A stretch of 64,000 bases of DNA from a virus (taxonomy: Duplodnaviria > Caudoviricetes), in the IMG/VR virus record IMGVR_UViG_3300032007_000001, one strand, 5' to 3'. Within the stretch, counting starts at the first letter, position 1. Every line of letters starts with the position of its first letter. The notes beneath the pieces were generated by a model. It worked only from the letters and a program-made list of their open reading frames with translations. It searched no databases and was not told the origin of the DNA. Below are positions 1-8,609 of this stretch, piece by piece. Both the position numbers and the translations under genes were made by a program.

Positions 1-150
1 TATAATAATGACATTTGAAAAAAACATTTTGCCAAAAATCAAAAATTTCGAACAAGAAACGTATGAAATGCATTTAATCAAATATGGATATTAAAAAAGC
101 AGCTAGTTTTTATAGCTGCTTTTAATTTATTTAATTTTTGGGTGATGAGA

Positions 151-849
151 ATGAGTAATGATTTGAAAAATCAATTGATAGATTTACTTTCGTCCAATGA
201 TTATGATATAAATTTTAACACATATGAAACAATAAAAAGTTTAATTATAAATGAAGAAAATCAAAATAATATTTCTAATGAGAACTTAGTTTTCATTAGG
301 GTTTTATCTAAACAAGAATATAATAAATATATTAAAAATGGAACTTGTAATGGGTCTATAACTGCTGAAAATATTAATGTTTGGCATATGCAAAAAGATA
401 AAGATTTTTCAAAAAGTTTATTTGTTCATGATGGCAGAGTACATGAAGAGTATTCGTTTGATAGATATTTTTCCTTAACACAAGACAATAACTTAGATGA
501 AATGAATACATCTGATTTAGATGCTTATAATATTTATATTGAAAGTTCCTGGAGTCGTGATAATAATTGGTATAAAAATTCCGACGCAATGAAAAATGGT
601 GGTTATTATTGGAGAGAAAACGAATATAATTTTCCAGTAACTATTCCCAAAACCACAACTATTAAAAATACTAGAATTGAAACAAAGGCTGCACTTCGTC
701 CATATTCTTGGACCTATGAACAGTTAATTGCAGATGGTTGGGTTTATCGGACTTATAGTCTTTTAAGAGTTGATATTCAAGATATAGCTTGTTATAGACC
801 TGCATTTACTTATAAAGACAATAATAAATCAATTAATATATATTATTGA
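151..849 (+). CDS. Variable-middle paralogue family member 1 (putative C-type-lectin-like fold)
   Basis: Motifs IRVLSKQEYNKYIKNGTCNGSITAENINVW and C-terminal YRPAFTYKDNNKSINIY shared with 7 other ORFs in the window; ATG at 151 after GGTGA. Confidence 0.8.
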   Translation: MSNDLKNQLIDLLSSNDYDINFNTYETIKSLIINEENQNNISNENLVFIRVLSKQEYNKYIKNGTCNGSITAENINVWHMQKDKDFSKSLFVHDGRVHEEYSFDRYFSLTQDNNLDEMNTSDLDAYNIYIESSWSRDNNWYKNSDAMKNGGYYWRENEYNFPVTIPKTTTIKNTRIETKAALRPYSWTYEQLIADGWVYRTYSLLRVDIQDIACYRPAFTYKDNNKSINIYY

Positions 850-860
850 GTTGATATAAT

Positions 861-932
861 ATGAAAACAATCAATTTAATAGATGAACAATATAATATTG
901 ATAATAAAAAATCATTGAGTATTTATAAATAA
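861..932 (+). pseudogene. 23-codon collapsed remnant of the paralogue family (MKTINLIDEQYNIDNKKSLSIYK)
   Basis: N-part resembles the family N-terminus (LSDSEYN/ISDELYN); C-part resembles the family C-terminus (IDNNKSNNIYR); sits 11 nt after member 1. Confidence 0.5.
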
Positions 933-962
933 ATTAGAAAATGGAAATGCGAGGTAACAAAA

Positions 963-1484
963 ATGAAAAAAATAGCTGGGTATTATTCTGAAATCGAAGA
1001 ATATGATGGTTTTTATTTTAGATACAATTATAAGCGTCAAGAATTGGAAGCTTTAGATGAAAGTGGTCATGTTCTTACATATAAAGAGCTTTCTTTGGAA
1101 GATTGGGAAGACAACAATGAATATTGGATAGAAACATTTGCTGATGAACTTAGTGAAGAAGCTGGACGCTGGACAGACAGTTTGCTTGAAGAATTTGGCT
1201 GTTTGGAAAAGAAGAAAATTAAAAAAGCAAATTCTCAGGAAGATATTGATAATTTCGTAGCAAATGCTGAATTTTTTAATAAAGGAATTTTATTAAAAAT
1301 AGATAGCTTAAAAAGTCTTGTATTTCCAAACGATAAAAAATTTGAGCAAGATGAATATTACACATCAAAAATTGATAAATTGAAGAAAGAAGTAGAAGAA
1401 CTTGAAGCAGTTGCACAAAAAGTTAAAACAACTTTAGGAGATATTAAAACAACGAAAAACTTAAAGAAAGATAATTTTATATGA
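963..1484 (+). CDS. Hypothetical acidic protein with basic leader (MKKIAG; internal KKIKKAN)
   Basis: 173 aa ORF, GAGGT SD. Confidence 0.75.
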   Translation: MKKIAGYYSEIEEYDGFYFRYNYKRQELEALDESGHVLTYKELSLEDWEDNNEYWIETFADELSEEAGRWTDSLLEEFGCLEKKKIKKANSQEDIDNFVANAEFFNKGILLKIDSLKSLVFPNDKKFEQDEYYTSKIDKLKKEVEELEAVAQKVKTTLGDIKTTKNLKKDNFI

Positions 1485-1500
1485 AATTAAGGTGGGTTAT

Positions 1501-1782
1501 ATGAAGCACTTAAAGAAAATAGCTAGTGACCAAAATTTTGAAACGAAAGTTAATGATTATATCAATAAATTAGAAATGGTATCTTCTGGGCTTACATCAA
1601 ACAAAATTCTTTTAAGTAATCTTTCTGATGATTTTTGGAAAGCTTATCAAGATGAAAATGGTGAAGCTGTTGATGAAACGTTTAAGAAAGCAGCCAAACA
1701 CGTATTAGAAGCAACCAATTTATTAAATGGAGTTTTAGAAGACTTACATTTTTATCAGAGAGATATGGGATTTAGGGAGTAA
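1501..1782 (+). CDS. Hypothetical protein with MKHLKKIAS leader
   Basis: ORF with AAGGTGG SD before ATG 1501. Confidence 0.7.
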   Translation: MKHLKKIASDQNFETKVNDYINKLEMVSSGLTSNKILLSNLSDDFWKAYQDENGEAVDETFKKAAKHVLEATNLLNGVLEDLHFYQRDMGFRE

Positions 1783-1786
1783 AAAA

Positions 1787-2041
1787 ATGAGCAATAATTT
1801 TGAAGCAATTAGATTTAGTAAAGATGTTGTAAGAACACTCACATATGCAATTAATAATATAAAAGAAGATTATATGTTAGAAGGTAGTAAAGCATTAAAA
1901 GATATACAAGAAAGATATGATATGGGATTTGATACAACTTTCAATGGTATTCTTACAAGATTAGAAGAAGCAAAACAGACTGCTGAAAATCAATATAATG
2001 ATATAGTGCGGCTTGATGAAGATGTTGTGGATGAAAGATAA
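1787..2041 (+). CDS. Hypothetical protein
   Basis: 84 aa ORF, GGGAG SD, operonic. Confidence 0.7.
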   Translation: MSNNFEAIRFSKDVVRTLTYAINNIKEDYMLEGSKALKDIQERYDMGFDTTFNGILTRLEEAKQTAENQYNDIVRLDEDVVDER

Positions 2042-2070
2042 AAAGTGGAAGCATTAAGCTTCCACTTTTT
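2041..2070. terminator. Bidirectional intrinsic terminator
   Basis: AAAAGTGGAAGC-ATTAA-GCTTCCACTTTT between convergent genes. Confidence 0.75.
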
Positions 2071-2923
2071 CTTTGTCTTTTTTCTTCCAATCAATTTGTT
2101 TTAAATCGCCTTGATAAATAAGATGTTTATTAATATAGTCTCTATCTTCTTCAAATATTGGGATATTTAAGTCTACATTCCATCTTGTTTTTATTACATC
2201 TGGCTTATCATCAATTGTGAAGTTTTCTTTGAAAACACATACGCCTCTTTGGAAATATATCGGCACACTATCCCAATCAAAATCTTTTTCTTCTTTCAAC
2301 TTCTTAATAACTTCACCAGAATTTACGCCTTCCAATTCTTTCGTTGAAAAATAACAATGCGCTACTTGATTAATAGCATTTCTTACTGCATCTCTTTGCC
2401 TGAAAATGAAAGCATTATTGACTTCAAACTCTGGGAGTGAAAATGCTGTGCAATCAAATTCTGCTTGGAAAACTTTCGTATAAATATGATTTAAGATAGT
2501 ATCATCTAATTTTGTTGGTTGGTCTGTAAACGGGTCGATATAAGATTTATTTGTACATGCATTATACAACGCTTTATTGAAGCCATTTGTGCAAATAGAA
2601 GCAGATACAGAAAGCAGTTTATTCAAACGTTTGGAATACCAAGATTCTGTATTTTCTCCTTTTTCTACTAAAAGCAATGTGATTTCATCACTTTGTGTAT
2701 ATGCAATTTCTGTATTCGGTATATTTCTGCACATATGCTTTGCAGTTTCAATCATACAATGTCTAAATAATGTGCTAAATGGGCGCTTAAATCCTTTTGT
2801 AAAATTTCGAAAAGCTCTACCGTCGCATCTTATAAGAGTTGGAGTCCTAATAGGAAGAACATTTTTGTAAACAGCTTCATAACCTTTCATTCTTGCTGCC
2901 AATGTATTTGGTTTCTTTTTCAT
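2054..2923 (-). CDS. Thg1-like protein (tRNAHis guanylyltransferase / 3'-5' polymerase)
   Basis: RMKGYE, IRCDGRAFRNFT, YTQSDEITL, KLLSVSAS, FD, RQRDAVRNAI motifs typical of the Thg1/TLP family. Confidence 0.93.
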   Translation of the reverse strand: MKKKPNTLAARMKGYEAVYKNVLPIRTPTLIRCDGRAFRNFTKGFKRPFSTLFRHCMIETAKHMCRNIPNTEIAYTQSDEITLLLVEKGENTESWYSKRLNKLLSVSASICTNGFNKALYNACTNKSYIDPFTDQPTKLDDTILNHIYTKVFQAEFDCTAFSLPEFEVNNAFIFRQRDAVRNAINQVAHCYFSTKELEGVNSGEVIKKLKEEKDFDWDSVPIYFQRGVCVFKENFTIDDKPDVIKTRWNVDLNIPIFEEDRDYINKHLIYQGDLKQIDWKKKDKEKVEA

Positions 2924-3039
2924 CTTTTTCTCCTCTCTTTTCAAAACGCATTTTTAATATATAATATATAAAGAAAATAAAAAAGTAAACAATGATTCTT
3001 AAAAATTACAAAGTTTTTGTTTTACATGGAGTTGAAAAA

Positions 3040-3585
3040 ATGAGAATTGGATTGGATATAGATGGGACAATCAATAACTTAGACGAAGTTGTGCGTCCCA
3101 TTATTAAAGAACAATATAATATTACTACTTATCCAGACCAATATGAACTTTTCCCAGGGATGACTACTGAACAAATTCACGAATTTCATGTTAATAATAA
3201 AGATATTTTTATTAACGATATTAAGCCAATTAAAAATTCTCAATATGTTATTAATAAGTTATATAATGACAAATGTCATATTTATGTAATAACGGCTAGA
3301 ACAAAAAAGAAAATATATGATATGACTATTGATTGGTTTAGAAAAAATGATTTTAATTTGAGAGCTTTTAAGGATATGTTTTTTGACGTTGACGAAAAAC
3401 ATAATTTATGTAATTTATTAAACATTGATTTTATGATAGAAGATTGTCCTAAACATTTGGAAGATTTGTATAATTACAATATCAAAACAATTAGATTTGA
3501 CCACCCATATAATCAAAATAATCACTGTTATTTTCATAGTAATGATTGGTTAGAAATTTATGATTACTTGAAAACATTTTATTAA
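3040..3585 (+). CDS. HAD-family 5'(3')-deoxyribonucleotidase (NT5C-like)
   Basis: MRIGLDIDGT (DxDGT), ITAR, MIEDCP, HPYN, DWLEI. Confidence 0.85.
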   Translation: MRIGLDIDGTINNLDEVVRPIIKEQYNITTYPDQYELFPGMTTEQIHEFHVNNKDIFINDIKPIKNSQYVINKLYNDKCHIYVITARTKKKIYDMTIDWFRKNDFNLRAFKDMFFDVDEKHNLCNLLNIDFMIEDCPKHLEDLYNYNIKTIRFDHPYNQNNHCYFHSNDWLEIYDYLKTFY

Positions 3586-3642
3586 TAAAAAGTATTTTGT
3601 ATTAGAACGGATATGAAAATAAGTTTTTGGAAGTGAAAAACA

Positions 3643-4347
3643 TTGGCAAAAAATAATGAATTATCATTAAAGAAATTGTATGAAATGATTCAGGAAAAAG
3701 CTCCTTTGGAACATTCTCATTCGTTTCTTGGAAGTATAGAAGATGCAAGAAAATTATATGGTATTTCATACGAAAAATATATGAGAAATAATTTGAAAGA
3801 CCAAATTATTCAATCTCCTCATAATACTGTTAGTGTTGGCGTTGAAAGTAATAGTTCTATAATGAGAATGATTGCTGGAAATAATAAGAACTATTTGATA
3901 TCTGAAAACAAAAATTTAAGTACTAACAACTTAACAATTACTGGATATAATGAAGAAGATGTTGTTGTAAATATCAATGGTTCTTTATTAATCAAAGGAC
4001 AACCGATTTCAGCATCGCCAGAATTATCAGAACCTTCACCAAGCACTCCATCTGTAATCAATAATATAACTACTAACGCACCAGTCGGGTCAATCATACA
4101 AATGATTTCTCAGGCAGTACCAGATGGTTACGTTGAAGCTAATGGTAATGATTTATTAAGAAGCGATTATCACGATTTATATGAATTTGCTAAAACGAAA
4201 ACCGATATATTGTCAGATTCTGAATGGTTAGCAAAACAGGCAGATGATGAAAATGTAGAATATTATAGTCATGGAGATAGCTTAACAACATTTAGAGTAC
4301 CAAGTTTAGTATCTGGTGGAAAGATGAGATATTTTATTAAATATTAA
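3643..4347 (+). CDS. Tail-fibre-related protein with C-terminal tail-collar-like domain
   Basis: PVGSIIQM...VPDGYVEANG..L.RSDY.DLY...GDSLTTFRVPSL. Confidence 0.7.
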   Translation: MAKNNELSLKKLYEMIQEKAPLEHSHSFLGSIEDARKLYGISYEKYMRNNLKDQIIQSPHNTVSVGVESNSSIMRMIAGNNKNYLISENKNLSTNNLTITGYNEEDVVVNINGSLLIKGQPISASPELSEPSPSTPSVINNITTNAPVGSIIQMISQAVPDGYVEANGNDLLRSDYHDLYEFAKTKTDILSDSEWLAKQADDENVEYYSHGDSLTTFRVPSLVSGGKMRYFIKY

Positions 4348-4384
4348 AAATAAAAGACCAACAAATGTTGGTCTTTTATTTTTT
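4348..4384. terminator. Bidirectional intrinsic terminator
   Basis: AAAATAAAAGACCAACA-AA-TGTTGGTCTTTTATTTT. Confidence 0.75.
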
Positions 4385-4488
4385 CAAAAGAAAAAGTATG
4401 ATTATTTTTTCTTATTTTTTTTTATCATTCTTTTCTTGTTCTTGTACATACCGCACACACTTCGGATTGTTGCCATGCTTCTCACCAC

Positions 4489-4743
4489 CTAACAAATGGA
4501 ATGCGCGACAAGCACTATAATCTCGCCAGCCAGCGCACCAAGAGCATCGGCAACTATATCACGCCAGTCCGCATCGTGTTCGTCTGAATGCCTGTAGTCG
4601 TATATCTCTTTGCCGCATCCGAATAGCCCGACGTTAAGAGCGAACCGTTGCCACGGGAGCCATGTACGGAAAACGCCAACAAGGATAAGTTCGATGCCGA
4701 GAGACGCGCCGAAGTGCATAAGTTTATCTTTTGGGATATTCAT
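4489..4743 (-). CDS. Small membrane protein (VanZ/YfiM-like phage family)
   Basis: DKLMHF...GCGKEIYD...DWRDIVADALG, hydrophobic segments. Confidence 0.65.
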   Translation of the reverse strand: MNIPKDKLMHFGASLGIELILVGVFRTWLPWQRFALNVGLFGCGKEIYDYRHSDEHDADWRDIVADALGALAGEIIVLVAHSIC

Positions 4744-4770
4744 AATGCCCTCCATAATACAAGGGCAGGA

Positions 4771-4959
4771 TTACTCCTGCCCGTTGTCACGGCCTTCTTT
4801 GACTTTGCGCTTTACTTCTTCGCAGAAGTCAAAGAACGCTTGATACTCCTGCGGCTTTTCGTCTTTCTGGCGAAGTATGGCAATCTGTGTGTCGATTGAG
4901 TATTTACTGTCGATTACGAGCGCGACTTCTTCTTCGTATGTCAGTTGTTTTTCTTCCAT
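4771..4959 (-). CDS. Small tail-fibre-associated protein
   Basis: AAAGGAGG SD; YSIDTQIAILRQ...EYQAF..FCEEVK; directly downstream of the fibre gene. Confidence 0.6.
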   Translation of the reverse strand: MEEKQLTYEEEVALVIDSKYSIDTQIAILRQKDEKPQEYQAFFDFCEEVKRKVKEGRDNGQE

Positions 4960-4973
4960 TGTGATTCCTCCTT

Positions 4974-6854
4974 TTAGGCGATGCGGAAACAAAGGGGAAC
5001 GCAAACTGTCGTATCGAATGCATTGTCAAATGCCGCTGCGCCAGTGATGTGAACGTAGCAAATGTATGTAGTGCTTTCTTTACAAGCAGACAATTCCCAC
5101 CACTCACAACGAGTACCACCATTGCCTCGACCTTTAATAATTTTGCTCGCATTCAACTTGAAAATCGGGTACTGCAAATTACATCCAGAGCCGCCAGTTC
5201 CATAACCGGGTTCACTCCAAGATGCGTGGCCGAAAACTTCGATTTCTGAAGGCAACCACAGTTCTCCAGCTGAAGCATCCGACCACCCAGTATCAGATGA
5301 TACAACCCCGCCTCCAGAATACCTATTTTCCAACATAGCTCTTTTGGCTAATATAACATTTTGAACATCAGAAGGAAGAGTTGAGTATATTGATGAAGCT
5401 CCGCTATTAAATTTCCAAAACAAATCGGAACCCTGCCAAGGGGAAGTGTAAGTTAGCCCTTCTCTAACTTGTCCGTTATTTGTATTCGTCGCATTGAACT
5501 GATACGGCGTAGCAAGGCAATCACGACTTATAAAATCAATGTGATTCCCAACGGTTGTACTTCCAAATCCTTTGTAGCAGTTAATACCAGCAATCTCCAT
5601 GATAACTACTTCATTTGTAGTAAGCGTAATTTGCTTATAGTCGCCGATATAGTAGTTATCGAAATTCCCTGCCTGAATGTTGGACTGAATCGTCGCCCAC
5701 GAATCAGTTATTTCCTGTCCACGGAAGATATTGTTGTGGTCATTACCAAATGTTGATGTAAATATAGCAGTTGGTAATTTATTAGCTAACTCTTGAGCAT
5801 ACTGAGTTACATCTATCAATGCTGACTCAGGAGTCTGATTATCGAATGCTTTGATTAATACTCTGTTGGAGGGTCCAATGAATTCGAAGATGATGTAACC
5901 GTCGCCTCCAGCAGTTCCAGCGGTATACTCTCCATCTTTCCAAATAAATCCTCCTCCACCGCCTCCACCTAATTCTCCAGTCATTCCAATAGAATAAGCT
6001 CCACCATCTCCTGCACCATTTCCTCCTATTGCATAAGTACCAAAAACATGACCCGAACCACTACATGGTCCACGATATACTTTTACACCATTAATCGTAG
6101 CAATTGCACCAGGAGTACTAACAGCTGCTTCTGAAGAAGAATACCCTCCGAATCCACCATTACTGACGTAAACATTACTATTTAAGGTAATAGACGAGGT
6201 ACCTCCAACTCCACCCATCGAGCCTGAAGTGGAGTTACTTCCTGCAGTACCTCCAGCACCTCCAGCACCAACAGTAAATGAATATGAAGTCCCAACAGTT
6301 AATGGCTCATAAAAAGATAATATTGCTCCTGACCCACCACCTGAACCAGAAAGATGAACTCCAGATGACCATGTTCCAGCGCCACCACCACCGCCGCCTC
6401 CACCTTGGAGAGTAATCTTATAATAACCTGACTTAGTAGGAGTAAACGTTCCGTCACCAGGAGTAGTGATCATAGTCTTCTCATAATCAGTAAATGATAA
6501 TGAATGAGTCATCTTAGGAAGATTAAATGTAGTACTACCATCACCTGGACCATATGATGTACCAATTACATCAAATAAATCAGGATACATAGCACGAGAT
6601 ACTGCAGCACCATTACATTCAAGATAACCCATTGGATTAGTATTTGTAGCACCATATTCAATAATTGATCCAATAGGAATACTACTGCTACCTATTTCCG
6701 TCCTTAATGAATTTGCGCTATCTATAGTCTTGCTTATACCTTTCATATAAGAAGACATATCTTCTATTTGGTCTACCTCGGTCTCAAGATGATGTAGTTC
6801 TTGGGAGTTTGTAGAAGGATTGGGTAGATATAATTTTGATTTTCTAGTTGGCAT
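4974..6854 (-). CDS. Tail fibre: tail-collar domain, glycine-rich domain, C-terminal DUF6273-like C-type lectin domain
   Basis: PIGSII...GYLECNGAAVSRAMYPDLFDVIGTSYGPGDGSTTFNLP; GGGGGGG/GAGGAGG repeats; IGDYK...LWLPSEIEVFG...WWELSA...VPLCFRI. Confidence 0.85.
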   Translation of the reverse strand: MPTRKSKLYLPNPSTNSQELHHLETEVDQIEDMSSYMKGISKTIDSANSLRTEIGSSSIPIGSIIEYGATNTNPMGYLECNGAAVSRAMYPDLFDVIGTSYGPGDGSTTFNLPKMTHSLSFTDYEKTMITTPGDGTFTPTKSGYYKITLQGGGGGGGGAGTWSSGVHLSGSGGGSGAILSFYEPLTVGTSYSFTVGAGGAGGTAGSNSTSGSMGGVGGTSSITLNSNVYVSNGGFGGYSSSEAAVSTPGAIATINGVKVYRGPCSGSGHVFGTYAIGGNGAGDGGAYSIGMTGELGGGGGGGFIWKDGEYTAGTAGGDGYIIFEFIGPSNRVLIKAFDNQTPESALIDVTQYAQELANKLPTAIFTSTFGNDHNNIFRGQEITDSWATIQSNIQAGNFDNYYIGDYKQITLTTNEVVIMEIAGINCYKGFGSTTVGNHIDFISRDCLATPYQFNATNTNNGQVREGLTYTSPWQGSDLFWKFNSGASSIYSTLPSDVQNVILAKRAMLENRYSGGGVVSSDTGWSDASAGELWLPSEIEVFGHASWSEPGYGTGGSGCNLQYPIFKLNASKIIKGRGNGGTRCEWWELSACKESTTYICYVHITGAAAFDNAFDTTVCVPLCFRIA

Positions 6855-6873
6855 TTATATACCTCAGTTATGA

Positions 6874-7053
6874 TTAATTTTGTTGTTCTTGCTCTATTTG
6901 AATCCACATTGTATTCGGATCTTGTGGTTGTGTACTGCTAACAACAATCTTCATTACGCTATTATTTAAATCATCTATATCTTTTGATGTAGCGTTTTTC
7001 ACTATCTGAAATTTAGCCGTACCATAATTAATAATACTTTGATTGGATGACAT
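6874..7053 (-). CDS. 59 aa protein sharing its N-terminus with ORF 44311-44817
   Basis: Not in ORF track; GGAG SD; MSSNQSIINYGTAKFQIVKNATSKDIDDLN vs IITYGNAKFKVVKFATSNDINELN. Confidence 0.7.
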   Translation of the reverse strand: MSSNQSIINYGTAKFQIVKNATSKDIDDLNNSVMKIVVSSTQPQDPNTMWIQIEQEQQN

Positions 7054-7064
7054 TTTTTCATCTC

Positions 7065-7496
7065 CTATTGATTATTTTCCCAATTGTCCATTTCTTCAAG
7101 ATTTTCTTCGCAAAAACCTTCAGATGTTGTATAATACACTTTTTTAATTCCGACAGATTTTATTAAATTAAAACATGCTGGGCATGGTCGACAAATTGCT
7201 ATTTTTTTATTTTTATCTTCTCTATATACATAAATCGAACACCCCTCTAAATTTGTCGTTCCAGCATGTATAATAGCAGAAATTTCAGCATGAATGAAAT
7301 GATGACATCTATCATCCAATTTTTTATTGAATTCGTTGTATTTTTTTTGTATTGGGTGTGTTTTATGCATATTTGTGCCACAGCTTATGACAGTATTTTT
7401 ATCAGTTATAACCGCACCAATACTAATACGTGGGTGATTTGATGTTTTTGATATTTCTTTTGCTAACTTAAAAAATTTCATATTTTTCTTATTCAT
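7065..7496 (-). CDS. CMP/dCMP-type zinc-dependent deaminase
   Basis: IGAVI, HAE, RPCPAC motifs. Confidence 0.88.
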   Translation of the reverse strand: MNKKNMKFFKLAKEISKTSNHPRISIGAVITDKNTVISCGTNMHKTHPIQKKYNEFNKKLDDRCHHFIHAEISAIIHAGTTNLEGCSIYVYREDKNKKIAICRPCPACFNLIKSVGIKKVYYTTSEGFCEENLEEMDNWENNQ

Positions 7497-7699
7497 AATT
7501 TTATTCTATTTGTTTTCTTCATATTTATTTTTCTAAATAGTATATACTTGGAGATGATAAAATGAAAGTATTGAATTTTTTATGTAAAGAAACCGATAAA
7601 TTCGTATCTAGTTCTTTTTTAATGTTTATCATTAAAGTATATGTTATTTATATTGTTGCGTCTTTTCTTAAAATAATTTTATATGATTGAGGAGAAATC

Positions 7700-7891
7700 A
7701 TGAAAAGATTAACAAAACTATTTACAAACAATGAAAAATATGGTAAAATATCTATTGGAAAATCAGATTTGACTGGTAATAATATTTGGTTTGCTGATGT
7801 AGAAGATTTTCTTTCATCTAATAATGAATGGAAAAAGTTATTAGACAAAAATCAATATGAAAGAGTTCTTATAAAAAGGATTATAAAGTAG
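7700..7891 (+). CDS. Hypothetical protein (MKRLTK leader)
   Basis: GAGGAG SD, 63 aa. Confidence 0.6.
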   Translation: MKRLTKLFTNNEKYGKISIGKSDLTGNNIWFADVEDFLSSNNEWKKLLDKNQYERVLIKRIIK

Positions 7892-7897
7892 AAAATC

Positions 7898-8341
7898 ATG
7901 GAACAACAGAAATTGAGCCCTAAAAAAATAGCATTATTAAAAAAATGGGCTTGGTATGACGAATTGGAAAAGGATGTAAGAGAAAGATTTTTGCCTTTTT
8001 TCAAAAATGAAGTTTATTCTTTGATTAAAAATAATCAGGTTCTTTGTTGCATGATGCCTCAAGATGTAGATTTACTTTATAGAATTACATCGGGTTATAC
8101 AAAAGATTCTCACCGTCGTATAGTTAGTGAATTTAATGAAGTTGATAATTCAAAAAAAGATTATGTCATTATTCGTTTTGATGTAGTATATAACGTTAAT
8201 GAAAAATCTCATTGGGCTTTGGAAAAAATAAATGATGAAGAATATATAATTCATTTATTTTTACAGGAAGATTGTTGCAGAAATGCGATTAAAAGAGCAA
8301 TTGTTGATTTTGCAACTGGTAATGATACTAAGGAGGATTAA
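7898..8341 (+). CDS. Hypothetical protein
   Basis: 147 aa ORF, operonic. Confidence 0.65.
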   Translation: MEQQKLSPKKIALLKKWAWYDELEKDVRERFLPFFKNEVYSLIKNNQVLCCMMPQDVDLLYRITSGYTKDSHRRIVSEFNEVDNSKKDYVIIRFDVVYNVNEKSHWALEKINDEEYIIHLFLQEDCCRNAIKRAIVDFATGNDTKED

Positions 8342-8343
8342 TT

Positions 8344-8502
8344 ATGAGCAAAGAATTCAATTTTGATGATTACAAGAAACAAATTGACGACATTAAGTTT
8401 GATATTCCAAGGTTTGAAAATCCAGATTGGTTTGCAAAACAAACTGTAAATGATTTTCCAGCCGAAACAGAAGATGTAACGATTAGATGGGAATGTCATT
8501 GA
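8344..8502 (+). CDS. Small hypothetical protein (52 aa, MSKEFNFDDYKK...)
   Basis: AAGGAGG SD in the 3' end of the upstream gene; not in ORF track. Confidence 0.6.
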   Translation: MSKEFNFDDYKKQIDDIKFDIPRFENPDWFAKQTVNDFPAETEDVTIRWECH

Positions 8503-8609
8503 TGGATTTGCTCATGACATCTGTTTTTTCAGTTATTATCATTTCCTGTATTTTTTGTGGAATGTTTTTTTACAATAGAAGCAAATATTGAAAGAAAGAG
8601 AGAGAAATC

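Noticed and set aside
4610-5756. Several + strand ORFs (4610, 4648, 5049, 5469) and minus ORF 4904-5152
   Set aside because: They overlap better-supported minus-strand genes; the higher local GC lengthens spurious ORFs.
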